Shown piece after piece: positions 11,110 through 21,618 of a stretch of DNA of 64,000 nt. Position numbers and translations under genes: made by a program. The DNA is taken from IMG/VR virus record IMGVR_UViG_3300028590_000007. One strand, 5' to 3'. The notes beneath the pieces are model-generated. The model was not told where the DNA came from. It was given only the letters and a program-made list of their open reading frames with translations, and did not search any database. The stretch's first letter is position 1, and the number at the start of each line of letters is the position of its first letter. Origin of the DNA: an uncultured virus (IMG/VR IMGVR_UViG_3300028590_000007). Its lineage: Duplodnaviria > Heunggongvirae > Uroviricota > Caudoviricetes.

Positions 11110-12159
11110 TTACTCGGCGTTGAGGGGTACGAGGGCGGAGAAGATGATGACCTTGGTGAGGTTCATCGTCTGCTGCTTGTTGAGCTTGGTTCCCTTGAGG
11201 TCGATGGTGATCGAGGACTCGGTAACCGTCTCACCTTGGAACTTGTCAACGTAGTTCATCGTGCCGCCAAGAACCGAGATGTCAGGTGCCGTCGTAAAGA
11301 AAGCACTCTCGTCGTCGGCTTTGGCAAACGCATCGCTTTCAGTGGCAACAGGCTCATTGACCCGGATGTCAAAGTCGTAGTGACCTTTGCCGGTGACGTC
11401 CTTGTCCTCTGCGTCGATCCAACGGAGTGACCCGGAGATCTTGTCGGTGACATTCCTGTTATCCTTCTCCGTGTAGGTGATGGACAGGTTGTGGAAGTAC
11501 CATGCCGAGCGGTCATAGTCGAACACCATCGCCCCGTTGACCGTGATCTCAGGGTAGATAGGCACAGGCCCCACAGGAATCACATGCTGGCGAAACTCCA
11601 TCAGGTCGTAGTCCTTGACCGTGATCTTGGACTTGCCGCCCTTGAGGGTCAGTGCGTTCTTGGCTGTACGGACGAACCCCTTCGGTTTGTGCAGGGGCTT
11701 GCCCATCGTAATACCGTCGAACTTCGCATCGATACCACGCGCATTACCCATCTGGTGGATGCCGATCTTCAGCTCGCCTGTGTTGTACCTGTAGGTACCA
11801 TCCTGCTGAACGGGAACCTTGCCGAAGATCTTCCCGACGTTACGACGCTGGGTAGGATTGGCAGGGTTCATGACGTCGCACTCCATGTCGTAGCTGACAA
11901 ACGCCGACTGCTTGACGGTGTTACCACCGATGCCTCCCATGATGAGAGGCATGAAGTAGACGTTGCCCTTGTAGCCGACGCTGTTGTTGACGTTCAGGTC
12001 CAGCATGTAGAAGTCACGGGTATTCTCCTTGTCCTTGTAGATGCGGCTGTTGTACTTGATGTCCAGCGTACCCTTGACGAATGTGGTTTCGACAGGGGTC
12101 TGAGAGTAGGCGGATGACGAGGCGAGCAGCATACAAGCTGCGAACAGTAGTTTCTTCAT
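11110..12159 (-). CDS. Sec-exported beta-rich protein (start at MKKLLF)
   Basis: Classical signal peptide MKKLLFAACMLLASSSAYS; strongly biased codon usage. Confidence 0.75.
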   Translation of the reverse strand: MKKLLFAACMLLASSSAYSQTPVETTFVKGTLDIKYNSRIYKDKENTRDFYMLDLNVNNSVGYKGNVYFMPLIMGGIGGNTVKQSAFVSYDMECDVMNPANPTQRRNVGKIFGKVPVQQDGTYRYNTGELKIGIHQMGNARGIDAKFDGITMGKPLHKPKGFVRTAKNALTLKGGKSKITVKDYDLMEFRQHVIPVGPVPIYPEITVNGAMVFDYDRSAWYFHNLSITYTEKDNRNVTDKISGSLRWIDAEDKDVTGKGHYDFDIRVNEPVATESDAFAKADDESAFFTTAPDISVLGGTMNYVDKFQGETVTESSITIDLKGTKLNKQQTMNLTKVIIFSALVPLNAE

Positions 12160-12303
12160 GGTGATGTGGTAGGTGGGGAATTGGTTATTGGTTGATGTAA
12201 GACGGCGTGTAGCTTTCTTCGACTTCTTCAGTAGGGGCACTGAACATGAGAAGATAGACAACAGCCAACAACAGGAGGATGATACCTCCAATAATGCGGA
12301 ATT

Positions 12304-13092
12304 TCATCGTGGGAGGGTTACTTTCTCTTTTTCAGTGTTGCGGACGTTCAGGGTGTCGATTTCGAAAGCCGGAGCTTCGATACCGAGGGGATCGGCTTTG
12401 TTTGATTTGGTGGACACCACCTCAGCTTCGACCTCGATGGACTCGTTGAGGATGGAGGTTTCCAGATCAGCGAACGCAGAGTTCATACTCGACTGGATAG
12501 CCGTCACAGCTGTGTCGGTCATCAGTTTGGTGATGAAGTCTTCTCCAGCGTTGGCTGCCGAACTCAGTTTGGCAGCAGCCTGAGCCACACGCCATTCAGC
12601 ACGCTTGTGATCGATCATCTCGCCAAACTTGACAAGGTCGGACTGCGCCTTCTTGTATTTGGCTTTGCGAAGTTCGAACAGCTGTACCAGTTTTTTGTAT
12701 GGTTCAGCGAACTTGTCCGGCTGATCGGGATACTTCTCTTTGAAGTCAGTATATTCCGATCTGAAGTTGAGCACTTCATTATGGAACGTTCTGATGGTCT
12801 CCAAGAAACGAGCCAGATCCTTTTCGCGTTGAACGAATTGGTTCTCCAAGGTTTCCACCGGATTGATGGTTGCCTCATACTTCATGGCCTTCAACCTCCA
12901 GTTGGCGAACTTCATGGAGATCGCCGGAAGGAATGTCAGGGTGAGCGCCGCAATGACACCTGCGACAATCAGCGCAAGCAGTCCTTGGATGGCGAGGAAG
13001 ACGAACGGATAGACGACAAAACCAATGATCAGGAGACCGATGATTTTGGCGACTTGTTCGAGTTGTTTTCTTTTTCTTTCGAGTTGGTTCAT
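12304..13092 (-). CDS. membrane-anchored coiled-coil protein, loosely PspA/IM30-like
   Basis: Two TM segments, then NPVETLENQ and long heptad-rich helices. Confidence 0.5.
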   Translation of the reverse strand: MNQLERKRKQLEQVAKIIGLLIIGFVVYPFVFLAIQGLLALIVAGVIAALTLTFLPAISMKFANWRLKAMKYEATINPVETLENQFVQREKDLARFLETIRTFHNEVLNFRSEYTDFKEKYPDQPDKFAEPYKKLVQLFELRKAKYKKAQSDLVKFGEMIDHKRAEWRVAQAAAKLSSAANAGEDFITKLMTDTAVTAIQSSMNSAFADLETSILNESIEVEAEVVSTKSNKADPLGIEAPAFEIDTLNVRNTEKEKVTLPR

Positions 13093-13152
13093 TGTGCTGT
13101 GTTTACAAGTATAAAGAGAGCACCGAGTTGTCCCGATGCTATCTGGTGGATG

Positions 13153-13785
13153 TCAGACGATTGCGTCGTAGGGTAAGTTGTGGGACACTTTGTAGGAGCC
13201 TTCCACGCCCTTGACCTTCTTAAAATATGCCTCGCGTCTTGCGACAACGTCAGCAGAAGGCAGGTATATCATATGACCAACACAGTTTGCACTGACCAGC
13301 TTACCGCTAGGATCATTCTCCACATAACCATAAGCCACCGTGAAGTCTGATTCCGCACAGCAGCTAATGTAGAAACTCTCCTTGTCTCCCACATTGGAAT
13401 AAAAGTCTTCCCACGCTACCGTACTTTTGAGATGAGGGATATCCTCGTAATCCTGTTGCCAAGAAAACTGACGACATGCGTAGGGGTCGTAGTAACGCAT
13501 AGTGACAGTGTACCCGCAAGTCCGGCATCCGTCATGGCCCTGTCTCCACCGCTTGATGTACAGCAGAACATCCAGACCTTCGTTGATAGCATGCTTGAGT
13601 TGGTATTGAGCCTCACAGCTCTCACGATAGAAAGGTGCGTCCATACCTGCAGCAGCTGCAAGCAAGAACTCCTTGAACCCACGAATACATGTCGCAGGTG
13701 CTTCCGCTGTCGCCACTTGTGGTACAGCGAGCAGGGTCGCGATGGCAACGCCAAGGACCCCCGATAGGAATGATCTTCTTTTCAT
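13153..13785 (-). CDS. protein with twin-arginine (Tat) signal peptide
   Basis: MKRRSFLSG followed by hydrophobic stretch and ATA. Confidence 0.7.
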   Translation of the reverse strand: MKRRSFLSGVLGVAIATLLAVPQVATAEAPATCIRGFKEFLLAAAAGMDAPFYRESCEAQYQLKHAINEGLDVLLYIKRWRQGHDGCRTCGYTVTMRYYDPYACRQFSWQQDYEDIPHLKSTVAWEDFYSNVGDKESFYISCCAESDFTVAYGYVENDPSGKLVSANCVGHMIYLPSADVVARREAYFKKVKGVEGSYKVSHNLPYDAIV

Positions 13786-13828
13786 GGTGTGAATGAGGGG
13801 CTGCCGAAACAGCCCCTCTGTTGATACG

Positions 13829-14719
13829 TTACATATTGTCTGCGGTCAGCAGGTTGGTGAACTCATCCGAAAGGGCCAAGATGCTCGACCATTTCTCGAA
13901 TTCATTACCGGCACCGGTTGCAAGTTCCTGCAGCTGTGACACTGGAATGAACTTGGGATCGTGCATGCTGTTTTCGAACTCAAGGTTGTCGATGTTCTTC
14001 AGATTGACCGTGAACACCAGTCCGAGATGGACTTTGGACACGGAGGACTCCGAATCGCACAACAACCCTTCGTACTCGATGAGATCGATGTCCTTGGGCA
14101 GGATACCAAGCTCTTCTTTCAGCTCACGCAGAAGCGCAATCATCTTCCAGTTGTCGGGCATGTTGTGTGCGCCGAACTGCTGAACACCGATACCGAAATC
14201 AGTGTCATTGATGTGCCCTCCGACGCCGACAGCATACTTTCCGACGAGCCTGCCTTCGCCGCTCTTCTTGGAACGCTGGTAAACGAGCACCCGATCTTGG
14301 AAGCGCACCACCGCGTAGTTGATGAGCTGCCTGTACATCGGGTCCAGTTCGGCTTGGAAACGCGGAATGAACGTCAGTTCGGACTCCGAGATGGAATCAG
14401 ATCCAACAGACATAAATCCATCTTGGCTAGGCTCCTGTTTGGTAACCAAGACCCGTTCACCGTTGTAGTGGTCATCCGGATCCGTTTTGACCTGTTCCAC
14501 GATAATGATGGTTTCCTTCAGAACCGTGTGCGGGATATGGATGGTGGCACCAGACTGGCTTTCCACTTCCACCAAGATACGCTTTGAGCTTGCGGACAAA
14601 GCCTCTTCGATGGCTGACTGTACAATAGCGATGCCTGCCTTGGTAAGCGCAGGAGTCACTACGATAGGACCCAGTGGTCCGGGGCGCTTGATGATGAGAG
14701 TATACAATACTTCAGTCAT
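13829..14719 (-). CDS. NUDIX-family phosphoesterase (YmaB-like) with N-terminal extension
   Basis: AELDPMYRQLINY, GEGRLVGKYAVGVGGHIN, RELKEELGI and VSKVHLG motifs. Confidence 0.8.
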   Translation of the reverse strand: MTEVLYTLIIKRPGPLGPIVVTPALTKAGIAIVQSAIEEALSASSKRILVEVESQSGATIHIPHTVLKETIIIVEQVKTDPDDHYNGERVLVTKQEPSQDGFMSVGSDSISESELTFIPRFQAELDPMYRQLINYAVVRFQDRVLVYQRSKKSGEGRLVGKYAVGVGGHINDTDFGIGVQQFGAHNMPDNWKMIALLRELKEELGILPKDIDLIEYEGLLCDSESSVSKVHLGLVFTVNLKNIDNLEFENSMHDPKFIPVSQLQELATGAGNEFEKWSSILALSDEFTNLLTADNM

Positions 14720-14736
14720 AGATAAAGCGGCTGAGG

Positions 14737-15297
14737 TTAGTTGCGCTCGTGATAAGGAGTATTGAATCCTCCCGGAGACTTCTTCTTGATCTCCTCCACT
14801 AGTTCTGGATTCCACACAGGAATGCCGTCACCAGCGACTTGGAGGATGTTAATCTCCATGCGATCAGGCACCTGTCCTGTCTTCGGAATGCGTCCTTCGG
14901 GCTGGAAACAAACGTGCTGACACCCCGACATCAAGAAGGCAGTGCGGATGGCAACGCCCTTGATACCGCTGTGAACATCGGTCACAACATTACCGAGGAA
15001 GTCACGTGGATCGACGCTACCTTCCGGCAGGTCAACAAATTCAGCTCCGTCGAGACGCTCAGGAACCACCCAGAATCCTTTGACCGGATGAAGGGTTTCC
15101 TTGTCGATTTCGCGTGGTTGGAAGTGGTACTCCACGTTCCCGCCTAGTGCGAAGATCATGAAGTCCAAATGCCCGTGCTGTCCGGTAACTTTGTCAAACA
15201 CTCTGGTGTTGAGTTTCAGCATCTTCAGCAGAGTACGCTCCGCTTTGTCAGGTGTTCCGGGAGCTGGTGCCGGTGTTTTGGCTGCTTTGTCTTTCAT
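14737..15297 (-). CDS. hypothetical protein with tandemly duplicated domain
   Basis: VFDKVTGQHG...HFQP repeated as VTDVHSGIKG...CFQP. Confidence 0.65.
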   Translation of the reverse strand: MKDKAAKTPAPAPGTPDKAERTLLKMLKLNTRVFDKVTGQHGHLDFMIFALGGNVEYHFQPREIDKETLHPVKGFWVVPERLDGAEFVDLPEGSVDPRDFLGNVVTDVHSGIKGVAIRTAFLMSGCQHVCFQPEGRIPKTGQVPDRMEINILQVAGDGIPVWNPELVEEIKKKSPGGFNTPYHERN

Positions 15298-15323
15298 GGT
15301 GGTTTGGTTTCTGTACGTGTTGG

Positions 15324-15950
15324 TTATTGGTTTTGGGGAGATTCTTCTTGGCGGTATTCGTGGGCTTCAAGATAGTCTTTGTACTTCTCTTTCCATCCGT
15401 TTACCGCGTGACCGAGTTTGCCGACGTCAATGTGTACTTCCTTGCCGGTTTCATTGCCATAGGGTAACTCAAAGTTGGTGATGTACTGGTTGGGGTTATT
15501 GAACTCCCTGATCAGTGTCTTACCTTGCCCATCCTGCATAGTTGGATAGCCTGCCTTGGTAAACTCCTCCAAGAGCTTGGTGGCATGATGTCGGGAGATC
15601 TGCGCAACAGTCACGTAAGCCAGACGGGTTGCCATGATACGGAAGCACTGGAAAGCTTCGTCCCATGTAGCGAACCTGTACTCACGATTATGAGTAACGC
15701 CGAAATCATCCACATGGCGGATGATCCAAGGAGAACCTCCGGGTTCTTCCAGACATCCTTCTACGAGCCATGGGCGAAACTCTACAAGCAGGTCGTAGGT
15801 CCTGAAATAAGCAGAACCTCCATAGACCGCGTGGGTATAGGTGCTGGATCCTCTGTCAGATTTGGTTCTGAAGAGTGCTTGGGCTTCTTGCGTTTGTTCA
15901 CGAAAGACATCGAGCTGTTCTTTCGTCCAGATTACTTTGGGTTCAGGCAT
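15324..15950 (-). CDS. hypothetical protein (start at MPEPKV)
   Basis: Start follows the promoter motif at 15992-16001. Confidence 0.65.
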   Translation of the reverse strand: MPEPKVIWTKEQLDVFREQTQEAQALFRTKSDRGSSTYTHAVYGGSAYFRTYDLLVEFRPWLVEGCLEEPGGSPWIIRHVDDFGVTHNREYRFATWDEAFQCFRIMATRLAYVTVAQISRHHATKLLEEFTKAGYPTMQDGQGKTLIREFNNPNQYITNFELPYGNETGKEVHIDVGKLGHAVNGWKEKYKDYLEAHEYRQEESPQNQ

Positions 15951-16496
15951 GGATATGTTGGTTAATGAATAAGGATGTAACTCCTCAAGAATATATAACG
16001 CAGGGTGGGGGTTATTTACCTGCAGGTAAAAAAGAGACTGCATACCCGGTGCCTGTCTAACACCGGGTATGCTCACAAATCATGAATAAAATACAAAAAG
16101 AAAAATCAGTGTGCGTTGGTTAAGTTACTTCATTGTTAGATGAGTTTTATCCCTTCTATTATATCCGGAGTTGGCTACAAATATTATCTATGGACGCCGG
16201 GGCGCCTCACGGAGTTTCACCGTCCGTTTAGTTGTCTTGGTTTTACATAGGCGTATTCTACAGGCTCTTTTGTGTGCGTTCCTTGTCTCCCTTACGGGAT
16301 TACGGAGAGGGGTCTCCCAGTTGCTGGCATGTTTCATCACGTAGTTCCCCCATTCTTCACGACCCCACTCAGGGTACACGAAGTCAGCAACCGGGAGCTT
16401 GGAAAAGGAATCCTCAACTGCAGCTATTAACCATCCAGACTATGTCAGCGCCAACCGAACATGCTAGAAACCAAATGGCGCTGCAGTTGAGAAAAG

Positions 16497-16571
16497 TGGT
16501 AGGCCCGGCTGGATTCGAACCAGCGACTCAAGGATTATGAGTCCTTTACTCTACCGCTGAGTTACAAGCCC
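16497..16571 (-). tRNA. tRNA with CAT anticodon, probably Ile2 (lysidine type)
   Basis: GGGCTTG..AAGGA-CTCATAA-TCCTT..GGTTCGAATCC..ACCA; normal 7-nt loop; Ile2-like context. Confidence 0.9.
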
Positions 16572-16613
16572 ATTTTTCTAGCTATGAACAACTTCATAAC
16601 GTAGAATGTTTAC

Positions 16614-16979
16614 ATGAAGAAATGCTTAGTATGTGGTACTTACGTACCTGAAACTTACAAAAAGTTCTGCTCTAAAAAATGCAAGGTACGTCATAACAGT
16701 TCTTATCCTGCGCAGCAGGCTAGAGGACTGGAACGAAAAACCACTTTAGTAAAACAGAAAGGTGGATGTTGCGAGCACTGCGGTTACCGTAAGAATTTAT
16801 CTGCGCTACAGTTCCATCACATAGATCCAACCGCTAAGCTAGGACAAGTCGACATGCGCAGCCTTAGCAACCATTCTTGGGAATGGTGTGTTAGGGAAGT
16901 TGCGAAATGCCAGCTACTATGCGCAAACTGCCATTCGGAACTGCATAATCCTCATCTAGACATCACATCTCTTAGTTGA
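16614..16979 (+). CDS. HNH endonuclease (free-standing homing type)
   Basis: CEHCGY...ALQFHHIDP...KCQLLCANCHSELH; on the opposite strand, next to a tRNA. Confidence 0.9.
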   Translation: MKKCLVCGTYVPETYKKFCSKKCKVRHNSSYPAQQARGLERKTTLVKQKGGCCEHCGYRKNLSALQFHHIDPTAKLGQVDMRSLSNHSWEWCVREVAKCQLLCANCHSELHNPHLDITSLS

Positions 16980-17724
16980 ACCTGTTTGCAAAAAGGTTCA
17001 CACGTTTCAGACTATCTTTGGGGATACTGTCCTTGTGTTCAGAGATTTCCTTCTTGCTTGCAGAGCGAATGTGCCTCGTGTCGATGTGGCAAATCACCGC
17101 CTTCGTACCAGACGGACTAGGGAGCGTGCGATACAGGAAAACAGCACCTGCAGTCCTGACGGCTGTGTAGCGCCCGACATTATGAGGAGTGAAGCCAAGC
17201 GATACGTTGACTTCGTCAAGTGGCGCCTTGAAGACGTGCCCCTTCTCGCGGAACCAAATGTGACCGTCCTTCTCATAATAGTTGGCCTTGAAACTATAAG
17301 GCGCGTGATGCCGTTTGTAGCATCGGAGGATACCTTCTGGATCGACGTACAAGGCTCCGTCGTAAAGACTTTCGACAGTGCGGGGTTGTCCTCCTCCGTC
17401 GATTACCAATACGCTCTTATGAGTGTCGTCTGCGTAGGCAGATGTTGTGTATACATGCCGAAAGAGCTGCTCCACCTCTTTCTTGCTGCAATGACTGTGA
17501 ATCCATGAACTGACTGTTGTCCATGATTTGCCGACCATCGAATTGAGCATACGATGCCCGGCACTGTTCAGATATTGCCGTGGTGTGAAATCACGGTTCC
17601 GAGGCTTGGTGGGAAGTCTGCTCGGTGTTTCGTCGTCTTCGGGATCAGAACCGGGACGAGCTTTAGGTGCCTTGAGTGGGGCGCCGTCGAACTCTTTCTC
17701 GGCTGTAAGGATGTTGCTTTTCAT
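16972..17724 (-). CDS. hypothetical protein
   Basis: Long ORF downstream of the promoter motif at 17836-17845. Confidence 0.65.
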   Translation of the reverse strand: MKSNILTAEKEFDGAPLKAPKARPGSDPEDDETPSRLPTKPRNRDFTPRQYLNSAGHRMLNSMVGKSWTTVSSWIHSHCSKKEVEQLFRHVYTTSAYADDTHKSVLVIDGGGQPRTVESLYDGALYVDPEGILRCYKRHHAPYSFKANYYEKDGHIWFREKGHVFKAPLDEVNVSLGFTPHNVGRYTAVRTAGAVFLYRTLPSPSGTKAVICHIDTRHIRSASKKEISEHKDSIPKDSLKRVNLFANRFN

Positions 17725-18144
17725 GATGAATGTGTAGGGGTTAAAAAGAATGAGTGCAGGGAGGACATGTCCCAAAAGCCTCCCTGCACCGGTTGTTGTC
17801 TTCCGTTATGGAAGCACAGATGTGCTACCCAAGAATATATAGCACGATGTTCTTGATTGTTGCGAGGTGTCGCAGAGCAAGCTGGATCAGTATAAACAGA
17901 AGTGCTGCTATCCAGATGGACTGTCTCATCCAAAAGAATCTACCAGCATTACCGAATGTGCGGTCCGGACAACGGGCGCAGCCTACTGCTGTAATCGCAA
18001 TAGCGTTAATAGCCAGCAAGAGCCAGTTGGTTTCGGGTTTACCGTTGATGGCAGCAACACTGGATATAGAGAAGCTGATCATGCATAGTACGTAGCAGAA
18101 CCTGCCTATGAAAACCCTCGTAGGTTTATTGTAGTCGCTCACTG

Positions 18145-18675
18145 TTAGTTGCGTCTTGGTAGTGGAGGAAGCTTGATCATATTGTCGAGTTCCTTTGAAA
18201 CCTTTGCCCACACATCACCGCGCAGAGCTTCCTTGAACCCACTAACTACCTCGACCATGCTGTCCTTCATGGCTTGCGTGAAGACTTCCAGCATGACGCT
18301 TCGCATGAGGTACTGTGCGCGGGTCTGGTTACCGTATGTGGTGGGTTTGCCGCCGCTGTCCACTTTTGCGTCCCAGTATTCTTTGGACTGTGCGTAAAGC
18401 ATATCCCGAATGGTGGTCTTCTTGCCTGTGGCTTGACCCCATTGATCGACTGGAGTGAACTCCATGAGGGCGGTTTGCTCGATATTCTCTCGTAGATAGT
18501 CCCCAACGAGAGTCTGAGCCTGCTGTTGCATTTCAGGCTTGATGACGTTTTTGACATGGTTCTCCAGCCCAGTCATTACTCCGTCTTTATTGAATGACTC
18601 GATCAACTGGTCGATGGCTCGTTGAGTGAGTTCCTCTTGAGTGAGGCCAAGTATGTTTAACAGATCTAGTCCCAT
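18145..18675 (-). CDS. hypothetical protein
   Basis: 176 aa helical ORF after a terminator. Confidence 0.7.
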   Translation of the reverse strand: MGLDLLNILGLTQEELTQRAIDQLIESFNKDGVMTGLENHVKNVIKPEMQQQAQTLVGDYLRENIEQTALMEFTPVDQWGQATGKKTTIRDMLYAQSKEYWDAKVDSGGKPTTYGNQTRAQYLMRSVMLEVFTQAMKDSMVEVVSGFKEALRGDVWAKVSKELDNMIKLPPLPRRN

Positions 18676-18750
18676 ATTGTAAAAGAATGAGGGTACCCCC
18701 TTTCGAGGGTACCCTGTTTATTTCCCGGTGGCGTGTGTGTAGGTGGGAAG

Positions 18751-20631
18751 TTAGTTGGCGTTGTACTGTCCGTCGACAGGTTCCAGCGGCCAGAGACCCT
18801 GCAGGGTAGGATGCTGGTTCCGAGCGTCGAGCGATGCCTTGACATAGTCAGTGTACGGTTGACCACGACGGGCAACGCGTTGTTCTTCGAGCCGCTTGCG
18901 GACATCGTCGAGCGTACACGTATTGTATTGCTTGCTGTCCTTGAAGATGAGCTGGTAAGCGCAGTTCTCCAATTCTTGCATCGTGGCCTTGTCCTTGAGG
19001 TAGGGGACGCCGTCCTTCGAGAAGAACACAGCGGGGATACCTTCAGCCGACTTCTTGGTACCGTCATCGGTAGCAGGGTTCTTCGACAGAGCGATGGGCT
19101 TGTCACCAAAGATACCGAACGTCGCTTTGACAGCCATGGCGTGTGTGTCACGGGTGACGAACTGATAGCTGTAGCTTCCGATACCGAAGACGATATTCGT
19201 CGAGCAGAAGCCGAGAGCCTTCATCTGCTCAAGGATCGACTGGCAACGCTGAAGCGTGATCGAGTCACCGTAGATCAGACCAACGAATGGATTGATCTCC
19301 CGGTAGCCCTTCGCATTGACCTTTCCGCCGAACTCATCCCAGAGACACTCCAGCGATCCGCGAAGGACCGGGGTGTCGACGACAGGAACCAGCTCGTAGT
19401 AGTCGTGCTGCGAGTTGGCCTTGATCTCGTAAGGCTGCCCCTTGTGCCGGACATGGAAGTAGCCGAGAACACGGATCTTCTCCAGAGCGAGTTTGAGGAT
19501 TTCGTCTTCGATGCGAGTACCGACGGCGATTTCCTCAACGTCATAGATCGCCTTGAGAGGATAGGCTTCGCCGCAGACGATCTTGATTGGATCTCCACTG
19601 TCAGGGCGGAACACCACCTTGGCAGGCTGTCCGTTTTGATTGGGCTTCCGGTCGAGGATGATGGGCTTGAGACGCTTGAGACCTTCCGTCATCACCTTCC
19701 AGTAGTTGTTGGTGTCCGAGACAGCCGACACGATACCGGTAGGGTACTTCTTCGAGAAGAGGTTCTCCATGAAGCGCATCTCACCTTCCCACTTGTCAGT
19801 ACCGCCGCCGTAGACAGCGATACCAGCTTGGGTAACCGAGTGTTCCGTGGCCCGCACCGAGGTACCAATAAGGCTTTCAGTCGGGTAGTAGTTCCGAGTG
19901 AATGGGACCGCAGGCATGGTGTCCGTACCGCAGAAGCTGGTAAGGTGCGACATGCCGGTAAGACACGAGGCTTCCAGACCCTGCATACCTCGCATCGAGA
20001 AGTCGTGACCTTGGAATGGAACAAAACCCATGTCGCCGCCGGTGTCCTCGCAGAAGCGATCCATCAGTGTACGATACAGATGCGCCGTGGTTGCAGCCGT
20101 GACACAGGGCCACATGTTCTGCGACAACGAGGTCTCCTGATGGTTGACAAGCCAGAAGAAGCGGCTGTCGGTGTTGTAGATCACCATCATCGGAACACGA
20201 AGCGGAGTGAGTGTACCTTCGGGAAGCGCCCAGATAGCCAGAGGCAGATAGCCGAGATCGTGCAGTTCACGTACGTGGTTGTCTCCGACAACACCGGGAC
20301 CATAGAAGGCGTCGATGTTCTTGCGGTACAACAGTACGGCGATCTCCTTGTCGCACGAGAAGAAGGCTTCATCCCAGACACCGAGTAGCTGGTACTGGAC
20401 CCAATACTGGCTACCGAAAGCAACCACCTCGGTAAGACCGGGATGGCGGGTTGCGCGAGCAGTCAGGTTGGCCATGATCAACTGCGTGTTGTCAGGGTGC
20501 TGTGGAAGGTGGTCACCTTTGTAGGCATCACATCCGGTCATGGGGTCTTGCCACGGGCGGTAGACCTTGTTGTTTGGAGTACGGCGAGCCTTCGGTTTGT
20601 CGGCTGCGATCTCTTTGGCGATGTTTGTCAT
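18751..20631 (-). CDS. nicotinamide phosphoribosyltransferase-like (NAMPT/Namat)
   Basis: DAYKGDH, HDFSMRG, HLTSFCGTDT, ATEHSV, SAVSDT, VFRPDSGDP, LIYGDSIT, FGIGSY, TRDT and KKSAEG motifs. Confidence 0.95.
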   Translation of the reverse strand: MTNIAKEIAADKPKARRTPNNKVYRPWQDPMTGCDAYKGDHLPQHPDNTQLIMANLTARATRHPGLTEVVAFGSQYWVQYQLLGVWDEAFFSCDKEIAVLLYRKNIDAFYGPGVVGDNHVRELHDLGYLPLAIWALPEGTLTPLRVPMMVIYNTDSRFFWLVNHQETSLSQNMWPCVTAATTAHLYRTLMDRFCEDTGGDMGFVPFQGHDFSMRGMQGLEASCLTGMSHLTSFCGTDTMPAVPFTRNYYPTESLIGTSVRATEHSVTQAGIAVYGGGTDKWEGEMRFMENLFSKKYPTGIVSAVSDTNNYWKVMTEGLKRLKPIILDRKPNQNGQPAKVVFRPDSGDPIKIVCGEAYPLKAIYDVEEIAVGTRIEDEILKLALEKIRVLGYFHVRHKGQPYEIKANSQHDYYELVPVVDTPVLRGSLECLWDEFGGKVNAKGYREINPFVGLIYGDSITLQRCQSILEQMKALGFCSTNIVFGIGSYSYQFVTRDTHAMAVKATFGIFGDKPIALSKNPATDDGTKKSAEGIPAVFFSKDGVPYLKDKATMQELENCAYQLIFKDSKQYNTCTLDDVRKRLEEQRVARRGQPYTDYVKASLDARNQHPTLQGLWPLEPVDGQYNAN

Positions 20632-20688
20632 ATGTTGGTTACGATGGGAATGGAGCAGGTTCTCAGCCTGCCATATTTGCTGTAAAAA

Positions 20689-21618
20689 TTATACCGGTGC
20701 AGGTGCTTCAATAGCCACTGTAGATGGTGTCGAGAACATGGCTGCGGTTGCCTTTTCGACGGCCTCCAGTACGTCAATCGCACCATTGGTCTGAAGCTGA
20801 CTGCTGAGGATACCAATCTCCAGAGAGCGGGTATTCTTATGGACGTTCTTCTGCATATTGCGAAGCTCACGTTGTTCCATTGCAACCTTTTCCAGCTCGA
20901 TGGACAGTTCCAGAACGCGAAGGACGGTTTCACCTAAGGCACCATCCAGAGAGAACTCCAGATCAACCGAGGTATAGTTGTATTCATCGTCGCGATAAAA
21001 TCCTGGAGAATCCCTATACTCTTTGCTGACACGGTGTGCCAGTGCGATATTTGTACCGATGGTTACCTTCAACACTCCCTCTTTGAGGATCTGTTCCCAC
21101 ACGGATGGTCGGGCAACGTAAGTGTTACCCGAAAGGTAATTGTGTGTCAGATTGGACACACCGCCACTGGTGCGTCCTGTTATCAGATCATCCAGAGGAT
21201 GTGAGGTCTCGGTGACCTTCGGAAAACGGAAAGACAGGTTCATACTGTCGATGAACTTGTCAGCTTCAGCTTTCTTCTGCTCAGGTGTGACTTTGTCGTC
21301 AGATTTGAAGACCAGAACCTGCATTGCCCAGAACACGAGGTTCTTCAGTCCGTCGTGACTTGCCACGATATGTTTCGGGTCCAACAATGGATGCTTGAGG
21401 AAGCCGTCGGTGTAAGCGATCTTGAGTGCTTCGGCAATCTCGTCATAACGCTTGAGCAAAGCGTTATTTCTATTATCTATTTCTTCTTCAGATTTCAGTT
21501 TGACGAGCTGAAGGGCAGCTTCAACGCGTGCTTGGTCGACTGCTACCGAGTCGCGGGTCTGGGTTGGCACTCCAACAACTTCTACTGTGGTTTCTGCTCG
21601 GTCGATATTATCGGACAT
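20689..21618 (-). CDS. hypothetical protein inside the NAD locus
   Basis: 309 aa ORF coupled between the phosphoesterase and NAMPT-like genes. Confidence 0.7.
   Translation of the reverse strand: MSDNIDRAETTVEVVGVPTQTRDSVAVDQARVEAALQLVKLKSEEEIDNRNNALLKRYDEIAEALKIAYTDGFLKHPLLDPKHIVASHDGLKNLVFWAMQVLVFKSDDKVTPEQKKAEADKFIDSMNLSFRFPKVTETSHPLDDLITGRTSGGVSNLTHNYLSGNTYVARPSVWEQILKEGVLKVTIGTNIALAHRVSKEYRDSPGFYRDDEYNYTSVDLEFSLDGALGETVLRVLELSIELEKVAMEQRELRNMQKNVHKNTRSLEIGILSSQLQTNGAIDVLEAVEKATAAMFSTPSTVAIEAPAPV

Noticed and set aside
16614..16979. HNH as an intron-encoded ORF
   Set aside because: Flanking tRNA and CDS are uninterrupted and no intron core is visible; treated as free-standing
18733..20388. 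551-aa plus-strand ORF (and similar ones at 11491-12117, 22484-23404, 53098-53964)
   Set aside because: Antisense shadows of well-supported minus-strand genes with strong codon bias; no recognisable motifs
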